Assembly (NCBI GenBank): GCA_035084275.1
Contig: CM068778.1
Coordinates: 1,488,001 to 1,552,000, forward strand
Direction: 5' to 3'
From: Hydrolagus colliei
Taxonomy: Eukaryota
Length of the DNA: 64,000 bases
Part shown: positions 24,592-37,357 of the stretch, in pieces
Layout of the letters: each line of letters opens with the position of its first letter
How positions within the stretch are numbered: the first letter of the stretch is position 1
Notes under the pieces: generated by a model
The model's database searches: none
Told to the model about the DNA's origin: nothing
Seen by the model: only the letters and a program-made list of their open reading frames with translations
Translations under genes and position numbers: made by a program

Positions 24592-25010
24592 TGATCCCTC
24601 CGTGCCTCTGTCTTTGAATCTATTGCCAATTTTGTGGCTCACTGATCCCACTCCATAACCTGGTGGAGGCTATAGCTTCACTGAGACACCTCCTCCCCTC
24701 CCCACCACAGCTCCACTTCCCCCTGGTGTGGGGGGAAGGTCCTTTCCGATATGGTGACAACACATTGGTGCCATTGTTTGCCTTTATCCTGCCAGAGCTT
24801 CAGCCCACAGTGACAGAAAGAGAGTGTGAGAGAGAACAAGAGATTAAGTGTCAGAGAAAGAGACAAGGTTTGGATGATTGGGGGAGTGACATCGAGAAAC
24901 AAATAGAAACAGAGAGTGAGAGAGACAACGAACATTCGGGAGAGGGAGGGTGAGCGAAACCTCAGCTCCAGTGAAGAGTTTCCATCAGTAATCCCAAGTC
25001 TCTGCCAACA

Positions 25011-28000
25011 ATGAGTCTGTCCTTTCTCACTGTCTCTCTGATCTCCATCCTTTGGCCTGTGAGTATCTCTCAACATATTTGTATTAACCAGTGCCTTGGA
25101 ACACCCAATAAACGCGATATAAATATAATATGACCTGATAAACGCTATATAAATATAATTTTTATGTTGTTGTTGTTACCAGCAAACTCTCAAACCAACG
25201 GAGCTTTCATATCACTCCCCTCTCTCTGTATCTGAGATGATACCTCTTTGTGCCAGGAATTCCCAAAGAACATTCATCCCAGATTCCTTCCATGTCAGCG
25301 GGATCACATTGTTATGTTGTCACTGGCAGAGTTGGTGACTCAGTGGCCGGGGACAGTCGCAGCCAGAGAGGGAGAGACTGTGACATTGAGATATTACCAG
25401 AATGAATCAGCCCTTAGTACAATGCTCTGCAAACCTCCAACCCCATGAGGGAGGCCTCACATTAATTGGATATCTCGAGTACCCACCACCAAGGTATCAT
25501 AGATTCATAGAGTCATAGAATTTTACGGCACAAAAGGAGGCCATTCGGCCCATCTAGTCTGTGCCGGCTCTTTGAAAAGAGCGATTCAATCCCCCTGCCC
25601 TGCCCGCTCCCCATAGCCTAATAGACCTGTTCTCCCTAAATAAAGATCTAATTCCCTTTTAAAAGTTGTTATCGAATCAGACTCCACCACCTTTTCAGGC
25701 AATGCATTACAGATTCGAACAACTCGCTGAGTGAAAAAATTTCTCCTCAGCTCCCCTCTACTGCGCCTTGAAACTATTTTAAATCTGTGACCACAAGTCA
25801 CAGATTCGCCCACGAGTGGAAATAGTTTTTCTCTATTTGCCCTGTCGAAACCCCTCATGATCTTATAAACCTCTATTAGGTCTCCCCTCAATCTTCTCTG
25901 CTCCAGAGAGAATAACCCTAGCCTATCTAGCCTCTCCTCATACCTGTAGTCCCTCAATCCTGGCACCATCCTAGTAAATCTTCTTTGTACCCTTTCCAAT
26001 GTCTTCACATCCTTTCTGTAGTGTGGTGACCAGAATTGAACACAGTATTCCAGCTGAGGCCTCACCAAAGTCTTATAGAGGTTAGTCAGCACTTCCTGAC
26101 TTTTGTACTCTATACCCCTATTTATAAAGCCTAGTATCCCATATGCCTTCTTAACAGCCTTGTCTACCTGTCCTGCTACCTTCAACGAGTCACTAACACA
26201 AATCCCCAGGTCTCTCTGTTCCTTCACACCATTTAAAATTGTACTATCTAGCCTATATTGCCTCCCTTCATTTCTTCTCCCAATAAGCATCACCTCACAC
26301 TTCTCTGCATTAAACTTCATCTGCCATGTGTCTGCCCACTTTACCAATTTGTCTATATCCTCTTGCAGATGGCTACTATCCTCCTCACTGTTTACTATTC
26401 TCCCTAACTTAGTGTCATCTGCAAACTTGGAAACTGTACTCCGTACACCCAAATCCAGATTATTGATGTAGATTACAAACAGCAATGGTCCCAAAACTGA
26501 TCCCTGTGGCACACCACTGCTCACTTCCCTCCAGTCTGAAAAACAGCCGCTCACTACAACTGTCTGCTTTCTGTCTCGCAGCCAGTTGTGGATCCACGCT
26601 GCCACTGTCCCTTTTACGCCATGGGCCTTTAATTTCATAATACGTCTCTCATGTGGCACTTTGTCAAATGCCTTTTGAAAGTCCATGTAAACTACATCAA
26701 CTGCGCTACCATTATCCACCCATTCCGTTACCTCATCAAAAAATTCTATCAGATTTGTAAGGCAAGATTTGCCTTTAACAAATCCATGTTGACTGTCCTT
26801 TATTAGCCTATATCTTTCTAAGTGAAGATCTACCTTGTCCCTGATATGGACTCTAGAAGTTTGCCCACTACCGACGTTAGACTGACTGGTCTGTAGTTAC
26901 CAGGCTTGTCCTTCTGCCCCTTTTTATACAAGGGAGTAACATTAGCTATCCTCCAGTCCTCTGGCACGACCCCTGTGTCCAAGGAAGATTGAAAGATCGT
27001 GGCCAGAGTCCCTGCTGTTTGCTCCCGTGCCTCACTTAGTAACCTAGGGTGCATCCCATCCGGACCAGGTGACTTATCCACCTTGAGCGACGTCAAACGT
27101 TTTAGAACTTTCTCTCTGGTTATAATTATTCTATCCATTTCTCCTACCCTCTCCTCTAATACCATGGCATTGGCTGTATCCTTTTCTTTTGTGAAGACAG
27201 AGGCGAAGTACTCATTCAGTACATCAGCCATGCCCTCTGCCTCCACAATAAGATTTCCTCCTAGGTCCCTAATTGGCCCCACCCTATCCTTGACCAACCT
27301 TTTACTCTTAATATGTTGGTAAAAAACCTTAGGGTTCCCCTTAATCTTACTCGCTAATTGTTTTTCATGCAGTCTCTTTGCCCCTCTAACTTCCCTTTTT
27401 AGTTCTATCCTACACTTCCTATATTCTGCTTGGTTCCCTTCTGAATTTTGAGCCTGACACTTATCATAAGCCTCTTTTTTTTGTTTTATTTTGGCCCCGA
27501 TTTCCTTAGTCATCCAGGGAGGTTTGGATGCCTTACATTTCACCTTTATGGGGATGCTTTTGACCTGTGCTTGAACTATCTCCTCTTTGAACGCTGCCCA
27601 CTGCTCGTTAGTTGTCTTACCTGCCAATTTTTCTTTCCAATCCACCTTGGCTAGGTCCCACCTCAACTCATTGAAATTAGCCCTTTTCCAGTTGAGTGTG
27701 CTCACCTGTGATCGTTCCTTATCCCTTTCCATAATTATTCTGAATCTAACGATATTGTGGTCACTATTCCCTAGATGCTCACCTACAGAAACCTGTTGAA
27801 CTTGCCCTACCTCATTTCCCAAAACTAGATCCAGCAATGCTTCTTTCCTCGTTGGACTGGAAACATACTGATCAAGAAAGTTGTCCTGCACACACTTCAG
27901 GAATTCTTCTCCCTCCTTGCCCTTTACTCTACTATTCTGCCAGTCTATGTTGGGATAGTTGAAGTCACCCATTATCACTACTCTATTAGCTCTGCAATTC

Positions 28001-28309
28001 TCCGTGATACGCTTGCAGATCTGCTTGTCTATCTCCTCCCCACTATTTGGTGGTCTATAGTATACCCCTAACAGTGTAACTGCACCTTTTTTATTCCTCA
28101 TTTCTAACCAGATAGATTTGGTTTTTAGTCCTTCTTCTGCCTCCTTTCTAAGGCAGTCACTGAGTCCTTAACTAAAATTGCCACCCCGCCCCCTTTTCTC
28201 CCTTCTCTATCCCTCGTGAATATCAGGAGGGTTTTAAATCTGGATACAACATTGCAAAGACAACAGACAAAAAGCAATCCTACCTGTAGATCTCCATCAG
28301 AAACACAGC
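25011..28309 (+). pseudogene. V19: multiply inactivated V segment split by an antisense CR1
   Basis: 48-nt leader 25011-25058 (1-nt deletion); splice acceptor deleted at about 25320; C23 changed to Y; frameshift at W41 followed by TGA. 5' V part ends 25499; 3' part 28221-28309 lacks YYC and RSS. Confidence 0.9.
25500..28220 (-). mobile_element. CR1-clade LINE, 5'-truncated within the endonuclease, copy 3
   Basis: APE endonuclease motifs (GGGVAILVK, YYRPPN, GDFNYP, SDHN) in ORF 26830..28101 and RT in ORF 25586..26719, separated by a 1-nt frameshift near 26845. Tail at 25500-25521; TSD TATCA at 25495-25499 and 28221-28225. Confidence 0.95.
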
Positions 28310-28975
28310 TCAACCAGCACATACAAACCAGCCTTTCCTCCACTATCACCTGCCATCGGTCTTGGCGAAAAATTATACACATCAACACAGACGATTGAGA
28401 GACGAGAGAGAAAAAGAGGTTCAGGGACAGATAACATATGTGTCCATCTCATCTGGTCTGCACACTGTACCCTCTGTGTGGTTGTCTCTCTCTGTGTGTC
28501 CTCCCAACGGTTGTGTCCTCCTCCAAGCAGCTTTATAAATACAATTTTATTGTTGTGTCTCTCAAACTGGGACCAATTTGGCAACTTGCTCAGTGCACAC
28601 CATTGGGGGACGCTGTAGCTTCACTGAGACACCTCGCCTCCCGTCACATGTCATACCTGGCTCCAATGTGACACTGTGGGGTGGGGTGAGAGGTGAGACA
28701 CTCACTGCTGATGTTCTACAGACACTTCAGTGCCATTATTGGCTTTACTCTGCCAGGTTTTCATTCCACAGAGACAGAAAGAGAGAGAGGTGGGGGGGGT
28801 GGAGGGATGAGACAGTGAGAGGCATGGTTGTGTGACAGGGGGAGTGGTATCAATGAGGAAATAGGAAGTGAGTCAGTGAGAAATAAAGTGTGTATGTGTG
28901 AGAAAGAGTGTGTGGGAGAGATACCTGAGCTCTGGTGTGAAGAACCAAAGTTTAATCTCAAGTCTGTGCCCAACA

Positions 28976-29525
28976 ATGAGTCTGTCCTTTCTCACTGTCT
29001 CTCTGATCTCCATCCTCTGGCCCTGTGAGTATCTCTGAACATCTCTCAATTCCCCTTCAAGCTCCCAATTCCACTGGGGTTTCATAACATCCCCCACTTT
29101 CTCTGTCTGAGATTACCCTAATCTGTGTTTGTGTCTGTGTGTGTGTATGTGTGTGATCCCGGGAATCAGACCAGGTTATTCCCTGTGGGCAGGATGATGG
29201 ATGTTACATTGTCTTTGCAGGTCTGTCACTGGCAGAGTTGGTGACTCAGTGGCCGGGGACAGTCACAGCCAGAGAGGGAGAGACTGTGACCTTGAGATGT
29301 TACCAGAATGAATCAGCCCTTGATTCAATGCTCTGGTACCTCCAACCCCACCAGGGAGGCCTCACATTAATTGGATCTCTCCTGTACCCACCAACAAGGT
29401 ATGAGGAGGGTTTTAAATCTGGCTACAACATCACAAAGACAACAGACAAAAAGGATTCCTCCCTGGAGATCTCCATCAGCAACACAGCCCAGGAGGGGGT
29501 GTATTACTGTGCTGCTAGAGAAGGG
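28976..29525 (+). CDS. TRBV: V20: TCR beta-like V segment
   Basis: Leader 28976-29024, V exon 29221-29525, RSS 29526-29564 with variant nonamer ACTTAAACC. Confidence 0.88.
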
Positions 29526-30183
29526 CACAGCGTGAGAGAGAGACAGATCTCTCATACTTAAACCTCACACAGGATACACAAACACTCCCTTCAACCCACA
29601 CATACTCAGACAGAAACCAGCGTTTCCCCCTCCAACACCTGCCCTCAGGCTCTAAACACGCGAAAGGTATCAACACAGGTGATTGAGAGCCAGAGAGGTA
29701 AAGCGATTCCAGACCAGAGAAGGCATGGCTCCATCTCGCCTACTGTGCACACTCTTCTCTCCATCTCACTGTCTCTCAATCTATGACCAATTTTGTGACA
29801 TGTCTGTTCCCGGGCCATACGCTTGGGGAGGCTGGAGCTTTACCAAGTCACTTCCTTCTCACCCACATCTGCACCTCCCACCAATGTCCAACAGAGGGGC
29901 GGGCACACGTCATATATGGTACTGACATTTTGGTGTCATTGATGCCTTTACCACATTCCACATTTACTTCATTCCACAGTGACACGAAGAGAGACAGCGT
30001 GTGTATGAGAGAGAGAGAGACCAAGCCAGACAACGTTTTGGAGAGAAGGGAGTGAAGTTAAGAAAGTTAAATGCAAGGTTAGAATGTGGGCGATAAGGAA
30101 AGAGAATATGTGAGAGACAAGAAGGGCGATAAACCTGAACTCTGGTGCGAAGATCCCAAATTAATGTCAAGTCTTTGATAACC

Positions 30184-30766
30184 ATGAGTCTGTCCTTGCT
30201 CACAGTCTCTCTGATCTCCATCCTCTGGCCCCGTGAGTATCTCTCAAGCATCTTTCAATTCCCCCACAAACTCTCAGCTCCAAGGGGATTTCATATAATT
30301 TCATATAATCCCCTGCTACGAGATTATCCTGCTTTGTGTGTGTGTGTCCATAATGCCAGGTATTTCCTCTCCCCCCCCCCACCCCTCTCCGTACACTCAC
30401 TGAAATTCAGCCCAGATTCCCTCCCTGTCGGTGGGATCACATTGTTATGTTGTCTCTGCAGGTCTGTCACTGGCAGAGTTGGTGACTCAGAGGCCGGGGA
30501 CAGTCACAGCCAGAGAGGGAGAGTCTGTGACTTTGACATGTCACCACGACAATACTTTGCTTCGTACAATGCTCTGGTACCTCCATCCCCATCAGGGAGG
30601 CCTCACGTTGATCGGATACAGCAGCTTCGCAAAAGAAAATTACGAGAAAGATTTTTATTCTGGCTACACCATTACACAGACTAGTGACAGCAAGAACAAC
30701 TCCCTGGAGATCTCCATCAGGAACGTAACGCAGGAGGGGGTGTATTATTGTGCTGCTAGAGAAGGG
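30184..30766 (+). CDS. TRBV: V21: TCR beta-like V segment (no counterpart in block B)
   Basis: Leader 30184-30232, V exon 30462-30766, RSS 30767-30805 (CACAGCG/23). Confidence 0.9.
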
Positions 30767-31371
30767 CACAGCGTGAGAGAGAGACAGTTCTCTCATACAT
30801 AAACCTCACACAGGGTACACAACGTTTCTGTTTACCACACACAGACACAGACACACGAACCAGCCTTTTCCCCCCCACCAACACCTGTCCTCAGCTTCCA
30901 CAAAAGTTAAACACATCGAACAGACGATTGAGAGACGACAGAGCGAATAAGAGATTCAGGACGAGACGAGACATGGCACCGTCTCTCCAACTCTCCACAC
31001 TCTTCCCTCTGTGTCTCTGTCTCTGAATCTGAGACCAATTTCGTAACTCAGTGTTCCCAGTCCATACCCTGGTGGGCGCTGTAGCATCACTAAGACACCA
31101 ACTCCCCTCCCACTACAGCTCCACCCGCCCCCCCCCCCCCCCCCCACACATCAGCCTTTCTGATGTGGTGTCTACACTTTGGTGTCATTGGAGCCTTTAG
31201 TACATAGTGACAGGGAGAGAGATTGAGCGACAAAGAGAGAAACAACTTTTGGATAATTGGGGGCGTGCTATCAAGAAATAAATAGAAACAGAGCCTGAGA
31301 GAAATAAGGCGCATATGTAAGAGTGAGAGAAACCTTAGCTCCAGTGTAGGGTATTCAAGATTATGCCAACA

Positions 31372-31909
31372 ATGATTCTGTCCTTTCTCATAGTCTCTCT
31401 GATCTCCATCCTTTGGCCCTGTGAGTATCTCCCAACATATCTCGCTATCCCACAAGCTCTCATATCCATAGGATTTCACATCACATCCACCTCTCAGTCT
31501 GAGATGATTCCAATTTAAGTCTGTCCCTGATCCCGGGAACCCCTCCGGGACATTCAGCCCAGATTCCCTGTCGGTGGGATCACTTTGTTATATTGTCTTT
31601 GCAGGTCTGTCACTGGCAGAGTTGGTGACTCAGTGGCCGAGGACAGTCACAGCCAGAGAGGGAGAGACTGTGACCTTGAGATGTTACCAGAATGAATCAA
31701 CACTTGATACAATGCTCTGGTACCTCCAACCCCACCAGGGAGGCCTCACATTGATCGGATATGCCTTTATCTCAAACCCAACTAATGAGGAGGGTTTTAA
31801 ATCTGGCTACAACATTATACAGACAATTGACAAAAAGGAATCCTCCCTGGAGATCTCCATCAGCAACACAGACCAGGAGGGGGTGTATTACTGTGCTGCT
31901 AGAGAAGGG
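31372..31909 (+). CDS. TRBV: V22: TCR beta-like V segment
   Basis: Leader 31372-31420, V exon 31605-31909, RSS 31910-31948 (CACAGCG/23). Confidence 0.9.
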
Positions 31910-32454
31910 CACAGCGTGAGAGAGAGACAGATCTCTCATACATAAACCTCACACAGGAAACACAATGACTCTCTTCACCACACACACACAGACACAATAA
32001 GTCTTTCCCCCGCCAACACCTGTCATCACCTCGTCTACTCTCCACACTTTTCTTCCTCTGTCATTGTATATCAATCTTCTAACCCATCCAGTCCATGCTC
32101 TTATAGAGAATGTAGCTTCACTAGGATGCCACCCTCCCCTCCCCACCACATCTCCTCCTCCCCCTGGGGGTGGGGGGAGGGCCTTTCCCATGTGGTGACA
32201 TATACTTTGGTGCCATTGGAGCCTTTATTCTGCCGGAGCTTCAGCCCACAGTGACAAAGACACAGAGAGTGAGAGAGAACAAGAGATTAAGTGACAGAGA
32301 AAGAGACAACATTTGGAATGATTGGGGGAGTGACATAGAGAAATAAATAGAAACAGAGAGTGAGAGAAACACAGCGCATTTGGGAGAGGGAGGGTGAGAG
32401 AAACCTTAGCTCAAGTGAAGAGTTTCCATCAGTAATCCCAAGTCTCTGCCAACA

Positions 32455-33042
32455 ATGTGTCTGTCCTTTCTCAATGTCTCGCTGATCTCCATCCTCTGGC
32501 CCTGTGAGTATCTCTCAACATCTCTCTATTAAGACGTCCTCCCAATGTGAAAAGCACTATACAAATGTGTTATTGTTACCATAAAATATTAAACCCACAT
32601 GGCTTTCATATCCCTGCCCGCTCTCTGTATCTGAGAGGATCCCGCTTTCTGTGTGTCCATAATGCCAGGAATTCCCAACGAAAATTCATCCCAGATTCCC
32701 TCCCTGTTGGCGGGATCACATTGTTATGTTGTCTTTGCAGGTCTGTCACTCGCAGAGTTGGTGACTCAGTGGCCGGGGACAGTCACAGCCAGAGAGGGAG
32801 AGACTGTGACATTGAGATGTTACCAGAATGAGACAACCCTTGATACCATGCTCTGGTACCTCCAACCCCACCAGGGAGGCCTCACATTGATCGGATATAA
32901 CCGTTTACCACCAACAACCTATGAGGAGGGTTTTAAATCTGGCTACAACATCACAAAGACAAGTGACAAGGATTCCTCCCTGGAGATCTCCATCAGCAAC
33001 ACAGCCCAGGAGGGGGTGTATTACTGTGCTGCTAGAGAAGGG
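32455..33042 (+). CDS. TRBV: V23: TCR beta-like V segment
   Basis: Leader 32455-32503, V exon 32741-33042, RSS 33043-33081 (CACAGCG/23). Confidence 0.9.
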
Positions 33043-33722
33043 CACAGCGTGAGAGAGAGACAGATCTCTCATACATAAACCTCACACAGGATACACAAAC
33101 ACTCTCTTCACCACACACACACACACACACACTCACGGATACACACAAACCAGCCTTTCCCACCATCAACACCTGTGCTCACATTGTCAAGAAATTAACA
33201 TCAACAGAGACGATTGAGAGACAGAGAGGAAAAGAGAGTAGACATGGCTCCATCTTGCCTCCTCTCCACACTGTTCCCTCTGTCTCTGTTTCTGAATCAT
33301 TGACATATTTTGTGACTTACTGTTCGCAGTCCATAACCTGGGGGAGGCTGCAGCTTCACGAACGCACCTCCCCTCACCCAAATCTGCACCTCCCACCAAT
33401 GTCCCACAGGGGGGCGGGGGAGAGGCACATTTTCTATGTGGTGTCGACACTTTGGTGTCATTGATGGCTTTATTCTTTCTGTGCTTCATTCCACAGAGAT
33501 ACAAAAGAGATCGTTTGTGTGCGTGTGCATCAGACAGCGAGAGTGTGAGAGAGAGAGACCGAGCTAGACAACATTTTTGAGAGAAGAGAGTGAAGTCAAG
33601 AAAGTAAAATACAAAGACAGAGTGTGGGCGATAAGGAAAGAGCATATGTAGGAGAGAAGAAGGGAGAGAAACCTGAGCTCCGGTGTGAAGATCCCAAAGT
33701 TAATCTCAAGTCTCTGCCAACA

Positions 33723-34365
33723 ATGAGTCTGTCCATTCTCACTGTCTCTTTGATCTCCATCCTCTGGCCCTGTGAGTATCTCTACACATCTCCCAATTCT
33801 CCACAGGTTCCCAAATGCCTTGGGATATCATGCGATCCTCCACTTTTCATGTCTGAAATGAACCTAATCTGTGTCTGTGGAAAGTCAATCCAAATCAATC
33901 AATCAATCCATCAAAACTTACATTTATATAGCGCCTTTCACGTCAGGAGGGTGTCCCAGTGTATGTGTGTTTGTGTCTGTGTGTGTGTGTCTGTGATCCC
34001 GGGAATCAGACCAGGACATTCTCTGAGGGCAGGATGATGGATGTTACATTGTCTTTGCAGGTCTGTCCCTGGCAAAGTTGGTGACTCAGAGGCCGGGGAC
34101 AGTCACAGCCAGAGAGGGAGAGACTGTGACTTTCAGGTGTCACCACGATGATACAAACCTGTTTACAATGCTCTGGTACCTCCAACTCCATCAGGGAGGC
34201 CTCACATTGATTGGATATATCACTGATTCAAAGCCAAAGAACGAGATAGAATTTATATCTGGCTATAACATTACACAGACTAGTGAAAACAAGAAGTCCT
34301 CCCTGGAGATCTCCATCAGGAACACAGCCCAGGAGGGTGTGTATTACTGCGCTGCTAGACAAGGG
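33723..34365 (+). CDS. TRBV: V24: TCR beta-like V segment, intact ORF, 21-nt RSS spacer
   Basis: Leader 33723-33771, V exon 34061-34365. CACAGCG 34366-34372, 21-nt spacer, nonamer 34394-34402. Confidence 0.85.
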
Positions 34366-34902
34366 CACAGCGTGAGACAGACAGATCTCTCATACATAAA
34401 CCTCACGCAGGATACACAAACATTTGCTTCACCACACACACACAGACACACACAACAACCAGACTTTCCCCAGCCAACACCTGCCCTCACCTCGCCTACT
34501 CTCCACACTGTTCTTTCTGTGTCTCTGTATCTGAATCTACCACCAATTTTGTAATCCACCCAGTCCAGCCTCTTATAGAGAGTGTAGCTTCACTGAGACA
34601 CTCCCTACCACAGCCCCACCTCCCCCTGAGGATGGGGGGAAGGGCCTTTCAGATGTGGGGACGACACGTTGGTGCCTGTATATTGCCAGAGCTTCAGCCC
34701 ACAATGACACAGTGAGAGAGGGAGAGAGACAGAGGTTAAGTGACGGGGAAAGATACAACCTTCGGGTAATTGGGGGAGAACTATCGAGAAATACACAGAA
34801 ACAGAGAGTGAGAGAGACAACGAATATTTGTGAGGGGAAGAGTGATAGAAACATCAGATAGAGTGTAGATTATCCCAGTGTAATCCCAAATCTCAGACAA
34901 CA

Positions 34903-35508
34903 ATGTGTCTGTCCTTTCTCACTGTCTCTCTGATCTCCATCCTCTGGCCCTGTGAGTATCTCTCCACAACTCTCTATTACCCAGTGCATAAGATGCCCTT
35001 TTACCGACGTGAAAAGCGCTCGTCAAATATGTTGTTGTTGTTACCCGCAAACTCTCAAACCCACAGGGCTTTCATATGACTCCCCTCTCTCTGTCTCTGA
35101 GATGATCCCGATTTGCGTCCGTCCATAATGCCAGGAAATCCCCAAGAAAATTCATCCCAGATTCCCTCCCTGTCAACAGGTTCACATTGTTATGTTGTCT
35201 TTGCAGGTCTGTCACTGGCACAGTTGGTGACTCAGTGGCCGGGGACAGTCACAGCCAGAGAGGGAGAGACCGTGACCTTGAGATGTTACCAGAATGAATC
35301 AGCCCTTGATAGAATGCTCTGGTACCTCCAACCCCATCAGGGAGGCCTCACATTGATAGGATATCTCCAGTACCCACCAACAAGTTATGAGGAGGGTTTT
35401 AAATCTGGCTACAACATCACAAAGACAAGTGACAAGGATTCCTCCCTGGAGATCTCCATCAGCAACACAGCCCAGGAGGGGTTGTATTACTGTGCTGCTA
35501 GAGAAGGG
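34903..35508 (+). CDS. TRBV: V25: TCR beta-like V segment
   Basis: Leader 34903-34951, V exon 35207-35508, RSS 35509-35547 (CACAGCG/23). Confidence 0.9.
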
Positions 35509-36190
35509 CACAGCGTGAGAGAGAGACAGATCTCTCATACATAAACCTCACACAGGGTACACAAACACTCTCTTCACCACACACACACACACACACACAC
35601 TCACGGATACACACAAACCAGCCTTTCCCACCATCAACACCTGTGCTCACATTGTCAAGAAATTAACATCAACACAGACGATTGAGAGACAGAGAGGAAA
35701 AGAGAGTAGACATGGCTCCATCTCGCCTCCTCTCCACACTGTTCCCTCTGTCTCTGTTTCTGAATCATTGACATATTTTGTGACTTACTGTTCGCAGTCC
35801 ATAACCTGGGGGAGGCTGCAGCTTCACGAACGCACCTCCCCTCACCCAAATCTGCACCTCCCACCAATGTCCCACAGGGGGGCGGGGGAGAGGCACATTT
35901 TCTATGTGGTGTCGACACTTTGGTGTCATTGATGGCTTTATTCTTTCTGTGCTTCATTCCACAGAGATACAAGAGAGATCGTTTGTGTGCGTGTGCATCA
36001 GACAGCGAGAGTGGGAGAGAGAGAGACCGAGCTAGACGACATTTTTGAGAGAAGAGAGTGAAGTCAAGAAAGTAAAATACAAAGACAGAGTGTGGGCGAT
36101 AAGGAAAGAGCATATGTAGGAGAGAAGAAGGGAGAGAAACCTGAGCTCTGGTGTGAAGATCCCAAAGTTAATCTCAAGTCTCTGCCAACA

Positions 36191-36818
36191 ATGAGTCTGT
36201 CCTTTCTCACTGTCTCTCTGATCTCCATCCTCTGGCCCTGTGAGTATCTCTTCACATCTCCCAATTCTCCACAGGTTCCCAAATGCCTTGGGATATCATA
36301 CGATCCTCATGTCTGAGATGAACCTAATCTGTGTCTGTGTATATGTCAATCAAAATCAATCAATCAAAACCTACATTTATATTGCACCTTTCACGTCAAG
36401 AGGGTGTCCCAGTGTATGTGTGTTTGTGTCTGTGTGTGTGTGTCTGTGATCCCAGGAATCAGACCAGGACATTCCCTGTGGGCAGGATGATGGATGTTAC
36501 ATTGTCTTTGCAGGTCTGTCCCTGGCAAAGTTGGTGACTCAGAGGCCGGGGACAGTCACAGCCAGAGAGGGAGAGACTGTGACTTTCAGGTGTCACCACG
36601 ATGATACGAACCTGTTTACAATGCTCTGGTACCTCCAACTCCATCAGGGAGGCCTCACATTGATTGGATATATCACTGATTCAAAGCCAAAGAACGAGAT
36701 AGAATTTATATCTGGCTATAACATTACACAGACTGATGAGAACAAGAAGTCCTCCCTGGAGATCTCCATCAGGAACACAGCCCAGGAGGGGGTGTATTAC
36801 TGTGCTGCTAGACAAGGG
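36191..36818 (+). CDS. TRBV: V26: TCR beta-like V segment
   Basis: Leader 36191-36239, V exon 36514-36818, RSS 36819-36857 (CACAGTG/23). Confidence 0.9.
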
Positions 36819-37357
36819 CACAGTGTGAGAGAGAGACAGATCTCTCATACATAAACCTCACGCAGGATACACAAACATTCGCTTCACCACACACACACAG
36901 ACACACACAACAACCAGACTATCCCCAGCCAACACCTGCCCTCACCTCGCCTACTCTCCACACTGTTCTTTCTGTGTCTCTGTATCTGAATCTACCACCA
37001 ATTTTGTAATCCACGTAGTCCAGCCTCTTATAGAGAGTGTAGCTTCACTGAGACACTCCCTACCACAGCCCCACCTCCCCCTGAGGATGGGGGGAAGGGC
37101 CTTTCAGATGTGGAGGCGACACGTTGGTGCCTGTATTTTGCCAATGCTTCAGCCCACAATGACACAGTGAGAGAGGGAGAGAGACAGAGGTTAAGTGACA
37201 GGGAAAGATACAACCTTCGGGTAATTGGGGGAGAACTATCGAGCAATACACCGAAACAGAGAGTGAGAGAGACAACGAATATTCGTGAGGGGAAGAGTGA
37301 TAGAAACATCAGATAGAGTGTAGATTATCCCAGTGTAATCCCAAATCTCAGACAACA

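Larger units (their letters stand above)
9416..31948 (+). repeat. Segmental duplication block A (V8-V22)
   Basis: Gene order and flanks repeat at about 31949-51887 and 51888-64000. V8 ATG to V23 ATG is 22535 nt. Boundaries are approximate. Confidence 0.88.
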
